This document shows positions 17,288 through 25,042 of a stretch of 32,000 nt of DNA, in pieces. Where the stretch lies: assembly GCA_036476315.1 (NCBI GenBank), contig JAZGBI010000098.1, forward strand, positions 1 to 32,000, read 5' to 3'. The stretch's first letter is position 1. The number at the start of each line of letters is the position of its first letter. The notes under the pieces are model-generated. The model ran no database searches, was not told the DNA's origin, and saw only the letters and a list, made by a program, of their open reading frames with translations. The translations under genes and the position numbers were made by a program. Source of the stretch: Fidelibacterota bacterium (lineage in GTDB: Bacteria > Fidelibacterota > Marinisomatia > Marinisomatales > S15-B10).

Positions 17288-18706
17288 CTAGACGGGCTCA
17301 AACTTTGCGGTGAAATGCCTCAGGAACTTCGCCTGCTCCACAATGCGAAAACCTCTGAGCTGTTCCCGTTTTTCCCAGACGCGTTTACACGCTTCAATCA
17401 CATAATCGATATGGCTTTGTGTATACACTCTTCGGGGAATAGCGAGTCTCACCAGTTCCATCTCCGCTGGCGTTTCCTCTCCCGTCTTAGGGTCCACCTT
17501 CCCGAACATCACCGAACCGATCTCCCCTGTCCGTATTCCACCCACCCGATACAGTTCAACCACCAGAGCTTCTCCGGGATATTCCAGGGAAGGAATGTGA
17601 GGTAAACTCGCTTTTGCATCGATATAGATCGCATGGGCGCCGGGCGGCTGGACGATAGGGAAGCCCGACTCTTCCAGAAACTTCCCGAGATACTGTGTTT
17701 CCGCAACCCGGTAAATAAGATATTCTTCACGGAGGACTTCTTTGAGTCCCACGGCAACGGCTTCCAGATCCCTTCCTGCCAGTCCCCCATAGGTGGGGAA
17801 GCCCTCTGTCAGGATGAGAAGATTTCTCTCCTCGCGGGCAAGATGGTCACTATTGGTGCACAGAAAGCCACCAATATTTGCCAGGCCGTCCTTCTTCGCG
17901 CTCATGGTACAGCCCTCTCCGTAGCTCATCATTTCTCGGACGATTTCCCAGACAGGCTTATTCCCATATCCCCTTTCGCGAAGCTTAATCAGGTAAGCAT
18001 TCTCAGCGAATCTGCAGGCATCAAAATAAAGGGGAATATCATGCCTGGAAAGAATCTCCTTAACGTTGCGAATATTCTCCATCGATACTGGTTGTCCCCC
18101 ACCTGAGTTGTTCGTAACCGTCAGCATGCAGAGGGGAATCTTTTCTCTCCCTACCTTTTTAATCAATGATTCCAGCTTATCCACGTCCATGTTTCCCTTG
18201 AACGGATATGGGTTCTGAGGATCCTTCCCTTCGTCAATGACCAAATCTTCGGCGATGGCACCCCTGAATTCGATATTGGCCCGGGTAGTGTCGAAATGTG
18301 AATTATTGGGAACCACATCGCCCGCGCTGCATGCGGCTGAAAAGAGAATGCGCTCAGCGGCCCGTCCCTGATGGGTTGGAATGACATGCTTGAATCCGAA
18401 GATTTCCTTCACCACATTTTCAAATCGCCGGTAACTCTCGCTCCCCGCATAGGCCTCGTCGCCCCGCATAATAGCACTCCACTGGTTGGCACTCATGGCA
18501 CCGGTGCCGCTGTCGGTGAGAAGATCGATAATCACATCCTGGGCATCAATCTGGAAGACATTGTAATCTGCCTGTTTGAGCACTTTCTCCCGGTGTTGGC
18601 GAGTGGTCATCCGGATCGGCTCGACCGATTTGATCTTGAACGGCTCGATTATGGTTCGGAAAGTGGTCCCAGCTTTGTTCAACTGATGGATCTCTTCTTT
18701 TCCCAC
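17288..18706 (-). CDS. tnaA: tryptophanase (beta-eliminating lyase family; tyrosine phenol-lyase not fully excluded)
   Basis: 472 aa. EPFKIKSVEP, IDLLTDSGTGAMS, PTHQGRAAE, the PLP-lysine block CTMSAKKDGLANIGGFL, DACRFAENAYLIK and LRHFTAKFEPV. SAKKD and RFAENAY agree with tryptophanase rather than TPL (SGKKD, RCVENAY) as I recall them. Confidence 0.8.
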   Translation of the reverse strand: MGKEEIHQLNKAGTTFRTIIEPFKIKSVEPIRMTTRQHREKVLKQADYNVFQIDAQDVIIDLLTDSGTGAMSANQWSAIMRGDEAYAGSESYRRFENVVKEIFGFKHVIPTHQGRAAERILFSAACSAGDVVPNNSHFDTTRANIEFRGAIAEDLVIDEGKDPQNPYPFKGNMDVDKLESLIKKVGREKIPLCMLTVTNNSGGGQPVSMENIRNVKEILSRHDIPLYFDACRFAENAYLIKLRERGYGNKPVWEIVREMMSYGEGCTMSAKKDGLANIGGFLCTNSDHLAREERNLLILTEGFPTYGGLAGRDLEAVAVGLKEVLREEYLIYRVAETQYLGKFLEESGFPIVQPPGAHAIYIDAKASLPHIPSLEYPGEALVVELYRVGGIRTGEIGSVMFGKVDPKTGEETPAEMELVRLAIPRRVYTQSHIDYVIEACKRVWEKREQLRGFRIVEQAKFLRHFTAKFEPV

Positions 18707-18748
18707 GTTATCCCGCCGAAATCTCCATACGATTTTGAGAAGTGATAG

Positions 18749-19486
18749 TCACCAGGATAATGTGAATCCAACCTTGACATCCGTGTCCCGCTCTTTCACG
18801 TTTTTCGGCGGTTGGGAGTTATACTGGTCCCGCCAGGTTGCCGTGATCATGAACTTTTCGGATGGGGTGGGAATGGAGAGTGTAAACTGGTTATCAATGA
18901 GAAGATGGGCAGGGTTTCGGACCAGGGGTTGGATAAAGATCATGTAATTAACAGTGATTCCGCTATCGAACTTCTTTTTGTACTTGGGCCGAACCGACAG
19001 ACGGTATTGTCTTCTTACTGCTTCGGCTTTGTAATCCTCTATCTCCCACAGATAGGCTACACTGACGGAAATTTCCTTCCCAGCCGTGTATTTTCCCCCG
19101 GCACCCAGTTGAACTCTTCTCTCGAGGAAGGTTGTGGAGTCGTACGCCCAGTACGACAGAAAGAATGGGGAAAAAGTCTCATGCGCCATGATCTCCAGGA
19201 GGAAAGAAGCGCTGCCATCGTGTTCGTAAAGAGCATCATTTAACTGTCCTCGCGTGTGGCTGACAGTGAATCTCACTTCACTGTCCGGCAGATTGATCCT
19301 TCCCAATTGCCCAAAGGGTTCTATGGACAGGTCTCCCGCATACTCACTGGACATTGCTACGGTATATGAAGTCAGGTGCGTATTCCCCTGCTGGGTTGTG
19401 AGAGATCCTGTGAAGGATCTTTCCCATTCCCCCGCCGAGACTGCTCCAACAGAAAGGACACTCAACAATATTACGACTCTTTTCAT
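18749..19486 (-). CDS. DUF481-like outer-membrane beta-barrel protein
   Basis: 245 aa with a signal peptide (MKRVVILLSVLSVGAVSA), alternating beta-strand pattern, an early GNT motif, and a C-terminus PPKNVKERDTDVKVGFTLSW resembling the DUF481/YdiY ending. Confidence 0.5.
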   Translation of the reverse strand: MKRVVILLSVLSVGAVSAGEWERSFTGSLTTQQGNTHLTSYTVAMSSEYAGDLSIEPFGQLGRINLPDSEVRFTVSHTRGQLNDALYEHDGSASFLLEIMAHETFSPFFLSYWAYDSTTFLERRVQLGAGGKYTAGKEISVSVAYLWEIEDYKAEAVRRQYRLSVRPKYKKKFDSGITVNYMIFIQPLVRNPAHLLIDNQFTLSIPTPSEKFMITATWRDQYNSQPPKNVKERDTDVKVGFTLSW

Positions 19487-19531
19487 CTCTCCAAAACCTC
19501 AATTCGTCTCATTTTGAAACTAATTCATACG

Positions 19532-19566
19532 AAAAAGCCTTCCTGAGCAGTGGCTCCCGGAAGGCC
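19532..19566 (-). terminator. Rho-independent terminator closing the fliG-like operon
   Basis: On the - strand, 24 nt after the fliG-like stop: GCCTTCC-gg-GAGC-cact-GCTC-a-GGAAGGC followed by TTTTT. On the + strand this is AAAAA 19532-19536, GCCTTCC 19537-19543 and GGAAGGC 19559-19565. Confidence 0.7.
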
Positions 19567-19589
19567 TGTTTTGAGAATTCGAATGGCAG

Positions 19590-20519
19590 CTAATCCACCA
19601 TTTCCGAACCGCCCAGAACGTCCTCAAGATTAAATCGACCTTCCTTTTCCATCTGCCGTGCCGCATCCACGATCGTCTTTCTTGCCATATTCACCTCTCG
19701 CTTCGGGATGGCCCCTTCCACGGGCTCATACATGGCCTGTTTTTTCTGCGGGAGGTTATTGAGAACCTTGTCCGAGGTCTCCTGAGGCAGACCCTTGAAA
19801 GCGAGTGCGATGGTATCCAGCTCGACCGTGTTCATGATTTCCCGAAGTAGGTTGTCGGGAAAGCTGAAGATGTCATCAAATGTTAGGTAGTACTTCTTGA
19901 TCTCTTTCACCAGGTCAGGTGATTCCCGGGAGATGGTTTCAAGGTATCTCTCCTCCTCCTCGGGAGGCATCTGGCCCAGAATATCAGCGATACTCTTTCC
20001 CCCACCGCGGGAGAAGTCCACGGCCCGGGGAAGGAAGTGAGACTTATGTTCCAATTGCGTGGCCACATTCACGATCGCTTCCAGTGGAACTTCACTCAGA
20101 TTACCCATTTCCATGAGTACCCTTCCTTTAACTTCCGGCGCTAGCCGGTTGATTACCACCATCCGCCTCTCGGATGAAACCTGGGCCGCGGCCATGGCGA
20201 TAATGCGAGGCTCTTCCACTTCCAGAAGTGCCGCGAGCTGCTCATCTGCGAGACTGTCAAGGAATTCGAAGGGTCGTTTCGCATCGGTCACATCCGATTT
20301 CTGGAGTTTCCTCGAAATAAAGGCAAGATAGAATTCATCAACGACTTGCTTTTTGATTAAAGAGGAAACGGGCTCCATTTCACGGATCCGGCTACGGATT
20401 TTTCTCACCTCCGTTTCTCCCAACCCCTTAATGAGTTTAACCGCAAGGCCCTCTCCAAGAACGGAAAAGACTATGGCCACTTTATCCAGGCCGGACAGTC
20501 TGTTATATTCGGTAATCAT
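19590..20519 (-). CDS. FliG-like rotor/switch protein (three-domain architecture, divergent C-terminal torque helix)
   Basis: 309 aa. The N domain LSGLDKVAIVFSVLGEGLAVKLIKGLGETEVRKI matches FliG L.G.eKAAilL..lGee.a..v.k.L...Ei. The middle domain is EEPRIIAMAAAQVSSERRMVVINRLAPEV..V..EM (canonical EHPQ.iA.iL..L....aa.vL..Lp.e). A GGGK linker follows. The C domain is YLTFDDIFSFPDNLLREIMNTVELDTIALAFKGLPQETSDKVLNNL (canonical MFvFEDl..lddr.iq.lLrevd...La.ALKga.eel.eki..Nm). Confidence 0.8.
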   Translation of the reverse strand: MITEYNRLSGLDKVAIVFSVLGEGLAVKLIKGLGETEVRKIRSRIREMEPVSSLIKKQVVDEFYLAFISRKLQKSDVTDAKRPFEFLDSLADEQLAALLEVEEPRIIAMAAAQVSSERRMVVINRLAPEVKGRVLMEMGNLSEVPLEAIVNVATQLEHKSHFLPRAVDFSRGGGKSIADILGQMPPEEEERYLETISRESPDLVKEIKKYYLTFDDIFSFPDNLLREIMNTVELDTIALAFKGLPQETSDKVLNNLPQKKQAMYEPVEGAIPKREVNMARKTIVDAARQMEKEGRFNLEDVLGGSEMVD

Positions 20520-20528
20520 CTCTCGCCT

Positions 20529-22064
20529 CTACTTTTTCTTTTTCTTCTTCCCCTTTTTTTCCTCTTCGGGGGGTGCTGCGGGAGGTGCCTCTTCAGGGGC
20601 CGGAGCCGCTTCAGCCTGAGGGGGTGCCTCTTCTTCCAGCCACTCCTTCACAATGCCGGTTGCCGTCTCGGGCTCACTCACGGCCGCGGACACGATGGAC
20701 TGGCGCGTCGATTTGACTTCGGATTGGAGAACCGCCGGATCTTCACCGGGTGCAACCGGGGGAACCGATGGGGGTGGAGGCGGCGTGGGCGGAGGTGTCA
20801 CTCGGGCCTCTCCGCCTTCAGATTTCGTCACTTTTTTTTTCGGGGGCCTCATCATCCAGGGAGGCGGCATAACGTACCGCGGCTTGCGTCTCCCATTGAA
20901 AAGGATGACAGCAGCGAGAGCCACAACCGCCAGCAATGAAATGGCACTCATGAGATAAATGGGGAGATTACTCACGCCCCCATTCGCCCGACTCATCTCT
21001 CTTTGAACCTGTTGCAGCATTGCAAGCTTTTCCCCTATGACGGAATCCAACCGGGCCTTCTCCTGTTCCATGGCGGTGACTTCATCCACCGCAGCCTGTT
21101 CTTCTTCATCGGTCATGCTGGCCGTTCCCAGCTCGACCCTCAGCTGATTGATTTCGCTGGCCAACTGAACCACTCTCAAGGAGTCTCGTGCCAGAAGGGC
21201 CTCTCTTTGCTCCTCAAACTCTCGACTGAGCCGCTCATTTTCAAGCTTTTGCAGTTCCAAACGCCAAACGGACTGTTCTTCCTCGCGGCGACTGGCTTCT
21301 TCATCCTTCCACCTCTCCAATTCCTGGCGCCAATCCTCCGCAACCTTTGCGTCGGTTTCAGCCTGTTTCTCTTCAAGCTGATCAATCTTCTGGGCAATAC
21401 TCCGCAGTATGATGGCTTCGGCAGTCCGCTCGTCCCTCCTCACCTTAAAGGAAGCTGTCATGATGCTCAACACATCACCCCGGCTGCGGTCATAATGCGA
21501 AGCAACCATAATGATTTGACGTACATTCTCAATCAACTCCGGAGATGACGCTTCCGGTAGAATACAGCTGATTTCCATTTTCTCTATCATAGGTATCGAA
21601 GCCGTAATGTCAGTGTACGATTGAGATATGATCCGTGCCCCTTCTCTTGAGGAAGGCTCCGGGAGGGCCTCTTCGAGTTCCACCACAGACGGCTCTTCAG
21701 TTTCTTCCTCCTCTTGTTCTACCTGGAAATCGAATCCGGGTATGGGGATACCCGTCACCCTTGACTTTCTCCCCTGGCGTTCTTCGGCAGGGGTGGGTGC
21801 GGATTTTTCCGGCGCTTCCTTGGGGGACGGCTCAAATGTCACTTCTTCCCTTACAGTGGGGGTGAACTTCAGATCCACCGTGACATCCAACACATACCGG
21901 TGGTCAGCCAGCACCTTTGACAGGGCAGATTCGATACGTTTTCTAAAATCGTTTTCCAGCATCAACTTCTGTGCCAGATAGGTAGACTCTTGACCCATAC
22001 TTACACCCACAATCGTAGCCCCAACCAGGGTGGCCGCCGCCATAAATGTCAATCTCCTTTTCAT
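20529..22064 (-). CDS. minimal FliF-like (MS-ring family) membrane protein: N-terminal TM, split RBM3-like core, long coiled coil, C-terminal TM, Pro-rich cytoplasmic tail with a FliG-binding-type motif
   Basis: 511 aa. LENDFRKRIESALSKVLADHRYVLDVTVDLKFTPTVREEVTFEPS aligns by eye with Salmonella FliF FANDVESRIQRRIEAILSPIVGNGNVHAQVTAQLDFANKEQTEEHYSPN. IEKMEISCILPE...VRQIIMVASHYDRSRGDVLSIMTASF aligns with IERLSVAVVVNY...IEDLTREAMGFSDKRGDTLNVVNSPF. The second TM is LPIYLMSAISLLAVVALAAVILF. The tail ..EPETATGIVKEWLEEE compares with the FliF C-terminus ..DPRVVALVIRQWMSND. Confidence 0.75.
   Translation of the reverse strand: MKRRLTFMAAATLVGATIVGVSMGQESTYLAQKLMLENDFRKRIESALSKVLADHRYVLDVTVDLKFTPTVREEVTFEPSPKEAPEKSAPTPAEERQGRKSRVTGIPIPGFDFQVEQEEEETEEPSVVELEEALPEPSSREGARIISQSYTDITASIPMIEKMEISCILPEASSPELIENVRQIIMVASHYDRSRGDVLSIMTASFKVRRDERTAEAIILRSIAQKIDQLEEKQAETDAKVAEDWRQELERWKDEEASRREEEQSVWRLELQKLENERLSREFEEQREALLARDSLRVVQLASEINQLRVELGTASMTDEEEQAAVDEVTAMEQEKARLDSVIGEKLAMLQQVQREMSRANGGVSNLPIYLMSAISLLAVVALAAVILFNGRRKPRYVMPPPWMMRPPKKKVTKSEGGEARVTPPPTPPPPPSVPPVAPGEDPAVLQSEVKSTRQSIVSAAVSEPETATGIVKEWLEEEAPPQAEAAPAPEEAPPAAPPEEEKKGKKKKKK
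20832..20840 (-). repeat. A9 homopolymer in the coding strand of the fliF-like gene (Lys-Lys-Lys)
   Basis: The + strand has T9 at 20832-20840, which equals AAA AAA AAA (K409-K411) just after the second TM. Further A-rich runs encode the C-terminal KKGKKKKKK. Confidence 0.9.
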
Positions 22065-22089
22065 AACTTCCCCTATTCTTAACGAATTC

Positions 22090-22872
22090 TTATTCTTCCT
22101 TTTCTACTTTCTGACTCCCGGTCACTCCTGCAGAGCCTCCAGGAGTGGCCTTGAAAGTAATCTCGACCCGCCTGTTTCTCGCCTTTAGTGCAACCGTTTC
22201 ATTCTGCCTCCTGATAATATCTGGGGTTATTAATCGATCCGTAGGGCGATCTCTGGGAACGTTCTCAGCCAATCCGACAGCCTCCAACCGTGTGGGATCA
22301 ACGCCTAACTTAATCAGCTCCCGGACAACGCCGGCAGCACGGGCTGCTGAAAGTTCCCAGTTACTGGGATACTTATCCTGATATCCCTTCGGAAGCGGGT
22401 CACTGTCTGTGTGTCCTTCAACCGCCACAGGAAACTTATTGCCAGGCCTATTTATGGTAGGGACGAGCGTTTCCAATACCTGAACGATACCGGTCATCAA
22501 TTCAGCGGAGCCGGAAGAAAAACTAATTTCCGATGGAATGGCAATTGTCACACCCTTGGGGCTGGTGGATACTTCAACACCCTCAAGCGTATCTTCATTC
22601 TCTTCCAACATTTCAGTGACCGCCTTCTTAACATCAGCCAGATTCATTGCTTGCCCTTCTTTGGTAACCTTGCCAACCTTTTTGCCCATGGAATCGGCCA
22701 TTTCCTGCAGCTTAACCGGATCAATGGTCGAGATGGCCGCCAGCAAAACGAAGAATGCCAATAGGAGGGTCATCATGTCGGCAAAGGTGCTAAACCAACC
22801 GGGGAGCCCCTCTTCAACTTGAGCGCGACCCTTTTCTATAAGTCGCTTTTTCTCTGTCGCCGATACGGCCAA
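22090..22872 (-). CDS. motB: MotB-type stator protein (OmpA-like peptidoglycan-binding C-terminal domain)
   Basis: 260 aa. WFSTFADMMTLLLAFFVLL is a single TM with the conserved Asp (residue 32). The OmpA-like domain reads FSSGSAEL...VEGHTDSDP...SNWELSAARAAGVVREL...NRRVEITF. The TTG start lies 5 nt after the motA stop. Confidence 0.88.
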   Translation of the reverse strand: MAVSATEKKRLIEKGRAQVEEGLPGWFSTFADMMTLLLAFFVLLAAISTIDPVKLQEMADSMGKKVGKVTKEGQAMNLADVKKAVTEMLEENEDTLEGVEVSTSPKGVTIAIPSEISFSSGSAELMTGIVQVLETLVPTINRPGNKFPVAVEGHTDSDPLPKGYQDKYPSNWELSAARAAGVVRELIKLGVDPTRLEAVGLAENVPRDRPTDRLITPDIIRRQNETVALKARNRRVEITFKATPGGSAGVTGSQKVEKEE

Positions 22873-22877
22873 TCAGG

Positions 22878-23666
22878 CTACTCTTCTCTTTTCCACTCTT
22901 TCGGTGGAATAAATGAATTCAGTTTTTCACGTACGATGAGGGGATGTTTTTTCTGATGTATGAGCCTAGCAGCCTCTACCAGCATTGCCTGCATCGTACT
23001 GGTTTGAGAGATACGGGAATTAAGCTTTGCTGCCATGGGCAGAAAGAAGAGATTTGCAAGCACGGCTCCATAAAACGTTGTGATAAGCGCCGCCGACATA
23101 CCTACTCCAAGGGCTTCTGTACCGCCGCCCCCTTCACCACCAAATCCTGAAAGCATGATCACCAGTCCGATGAGTGTCCCGATCATCCCCCACGCCGGCG
23201 CCATGTTTCCCATGGTCTTGAACAGCTCTGCCTGGTGCTTCTCACGGATTTCTCTGTAATCAATACGCGTATTCAGAATCTCGATGATCTCGGGCTCTGA
23301 ATACCCATCCACCACCATCTGAACACCGTCTTTGAAGAAGAAATTCCTGATTCCCCCAATAGCCTGTTCCAATTCTGCCGGTCCTTTTCTTGCGGACTCC
23401 GACACTCCTACCGCCGCATCGACAAGACCTCCCAACCTTACGACTCCGCCTTTGAAGACCGCCCCCATGGCGGCTCCCAGTTTCATGACCTCCGAGAGTG
23501 GAAATGCAACGGAGACTGAAGCTACCATTCCGCCGACTACAATTGCGAAGCTGGCTGCGGAAACGAAACCGCCCACACCTGCACCCACGGCCGAGGCAGC
23601 GATAAAGATTCCCCCACTTATGGAAACCAACCCAATCAGGATTCCTACGAGAGTTGCTATGTCCAT
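22878..23666 (-). CDS. motA: MotA/PomA-type stator protein
   Basis: 262 aa. MDIATLVGILIGLVSISGGIFI is a MotA/PomA-type N-terminus. There is a cytoplasmic loop of about 100 aa between TM2 and TM3. APAWGMIGTLIGLV and FYGAVLANLFFLPMAAKL carry the two conserved prolines (P157, P210). This is a four-TM MotA topology rather than three-TM TolQ/ExbB. Confidence 0.88.
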   Translation of the reverse strand: MDIATLVGILIGLVSISGGIFIAASAVGAGVGGFVSAASFAIVVGGMVASVSVAFPLSEVMKLGAAMGAVFKGGVVRLGGLVDAAVGVSESARKGPAELEQAIGGIRNFFFKDGVQMVVDGYSEPEIIEILNTRIDYREIREKHQAELFKTMGNMAPAWGMIGTLIGLVIMLSGFGGEGGGGTEALGVGMSAALITTFYGAVLANLFFLPMAAKLNSRISQTSTMQAMLVEAARLIHQKKHPLIVREKLNSFIPPKEWKREE

Positions 23667-23675
23667 GAGTTGTTT

Positions 23676-25040
23676 CTACTCCGTACTAAAGCTTGTGGTT
23701 TTTAGCCGATTCTCGTGCAACGCCTTCAATATATTTCGAACATCATCATACTCGGGATCCATCTTAAGCGCCAGATTCCAGTTGATGGTGGCTCTCTGAA
23801 TATCCCCAAGTTTGTAATAGATGGATCCCCGCCGAGCATAGGCCAACGCCAGATTGGGATTCAATTCCAGAGAGGTTTCCACTTCCTGGAGTGCTTCACG
23901 GTAGTCTCCCGAATAGAAGTATCTCAGAGACCGAGACAGATGACGCATGGCCCGGTTCAGATTCTTCTGGCCAATGCCTCTTTCCAACCGCAATGTATTC
24001 ACAGAATCGTCCAGAGTAACCGACTTCTGCCTCAACTGGGCCACCTCGGCACCGAGGTTTCGGGTCTGATATCTGGACACTCTCAGGGAATCTCGCAGAA
24101 CCGCCACGGCATAGTCCGCGGCAAGAAGAGTCGTATCGAGCATGGCTGCCTCGGGAATGGGAGATGGTGCGCCCGGGAGCCCCGGGACCTCCCTCACGGC
24201 AGCGGCCCTGGGTACCGACATATCAAGACCGATGGTGAATCCCGGATGATCCGCTCCGTACGGCTCCTCGGAAAACGTGGGCAAATTTTCTATGTGGGTG
24301 AATCCTAGGCCCAGGCGATAATCCGAGGTAAGGGGGATGCGGAGTCCCACATTGATGCCCGACCCGTCGAATTCACCCACAATATCCAAACCACCCCACT
24401 GGGGTAAGAAAGGCGTGGTTAACAGAAATCCCGCAAAAACACCGACGTTGGAACCGCTCGACGTGGTGTCCGCTGCCGCGGTCGACTCCCGCGTCACCAA
24501 CGCCTGCGAAAACCCTCCCGTTCCGAAACCGATGTACGTGCTGAGATGGTAGCCACCGAATGGCTTCTCACTCCCAATAACGCCGAAAAAGGAAAGGAGC
24601 TTTGTATCCAAATTCAATCCGTTTTCCGTCGCATTTTCAAAAACAACATCATGAAGTCCCAGGGAAAAAGAGATGTTATCACGTACGTACACCCGCTGCT
24701 GAAAATGGAAACCGAATTCCGCCGGCGCCACGTACTGGGACGTATCCAGAAGCACTAAAGATGTGGTGTCAGCCCCCTGACCAGAAGAAAATCCGAGAGT
24801 GAACCTGTCGGTGACATCCATCTGGAAGTAGACTCCTCGGGCCACGTTGAAAGGGGAAAAGTTGTGGATTTCAGCCCCGAAGCCCGTGCTGAATAGATAG
24901 GGTGAACGGGCGGTGCGCGTGGTGGGAATTTTCATCATTACTCCGGGGCGCGTATACGCCACCCGGGTTAACGAATCCAACGGTGAAATGGCCACCACCA
25001 AAAACATTACCACAAAAATTGTCTTTACTTTCCCAATCAT
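23676..25040 (-). CDS. secreted beta-rich domain + coiled coil + C-terminal TPR protein, function unknown
   Basis: 454 aa with a signal/anchor (MIGKVKTIFVVMFLVVAISPL). About 270 aa have an amphipathic beta-strand pattern (GFHFQQRVYV, GGLDIVGEFDGSGINVGLRIPL, YRLGLGFTHI). A heptad-like segment follows, then TPR repeats (YSGDYREALQEVETSLELNPNLALAYARRGSIYYKLGDIQRATINWNLALKMDPEY). Confidence 0.6.
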   Translation of the reverse strand: MIGKVKTIFVVMFLVVAISPLDSLTRVAYTRPGVMMKIPTTRTARSPYLFSTGFGAEIHNFSPFNVARGVYFQMDVTDRFTLGFSSGQGADTTSLVLLDTSQYVAPAEFGFHFQQRVYVRDNISFSLGLHDVVFENATENGLNLDTKLLSFFGVIGSEKPFGGYHLSTYIGFGTGGFSQALVTRESTAAADTTSSGSNVGVFAGFLLTTPFLPQWGGLDIVGEFDGSGINVGLRIPLTSDYRLGLGFTHIENLPTFSEEPYGADHPGFTIGLDMSVPRAAAVREVPGLPGAPSPIPEAAMLDTTLLAADYAVAVLRDSLRVSRYQTRNLGAEVAQLRQKSVTLDDSVNTLRLERGIGQKNLNRAMRHLSRSLRYFYSGDYREALQEVETSLELNPNLALAYARRGSIYYKLGDIQRATINWNLALKMDPEYDDVRNILKALHENRLKTTSFSTE

Positions 25041-25042
25041 GA

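Noticed and set aside
20529-20700. Low-complexity stretch (runs of GGNGGN and CTTCTT on the + strand) considered as a tandem DNA repeat or CRISPR-like array
   Set aside because: It is in frame within the fliF-like gene and encodes Pro/Ala/Glu/Lys-rich tail sequence. There is no repeat-spacer periodicity.
19590-23666. Interpretation as an ordinary flagellar operon fragment or as a Tol-Pal operon
   Set aside because: An ordinary flagellar locus would be expected to carry fliH/I/J, fliM/N or flhA/B nearby, and FliF would have RBM1/2. Tol-Pal would have three-TM TolQ, TolR without an OmpA domain, and TolA/TolB/Pal. Neither fits the sequence. Flagellar genes elsewhere in the genome cannot be excluded from this window.
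23332-23799. 155-aa + strand ORF rich in Pro/Ala/Thr
   Set aside because: It is antisense to motA, and its composition is the complement of the Gly/Ala-rich TM segments of MotA.
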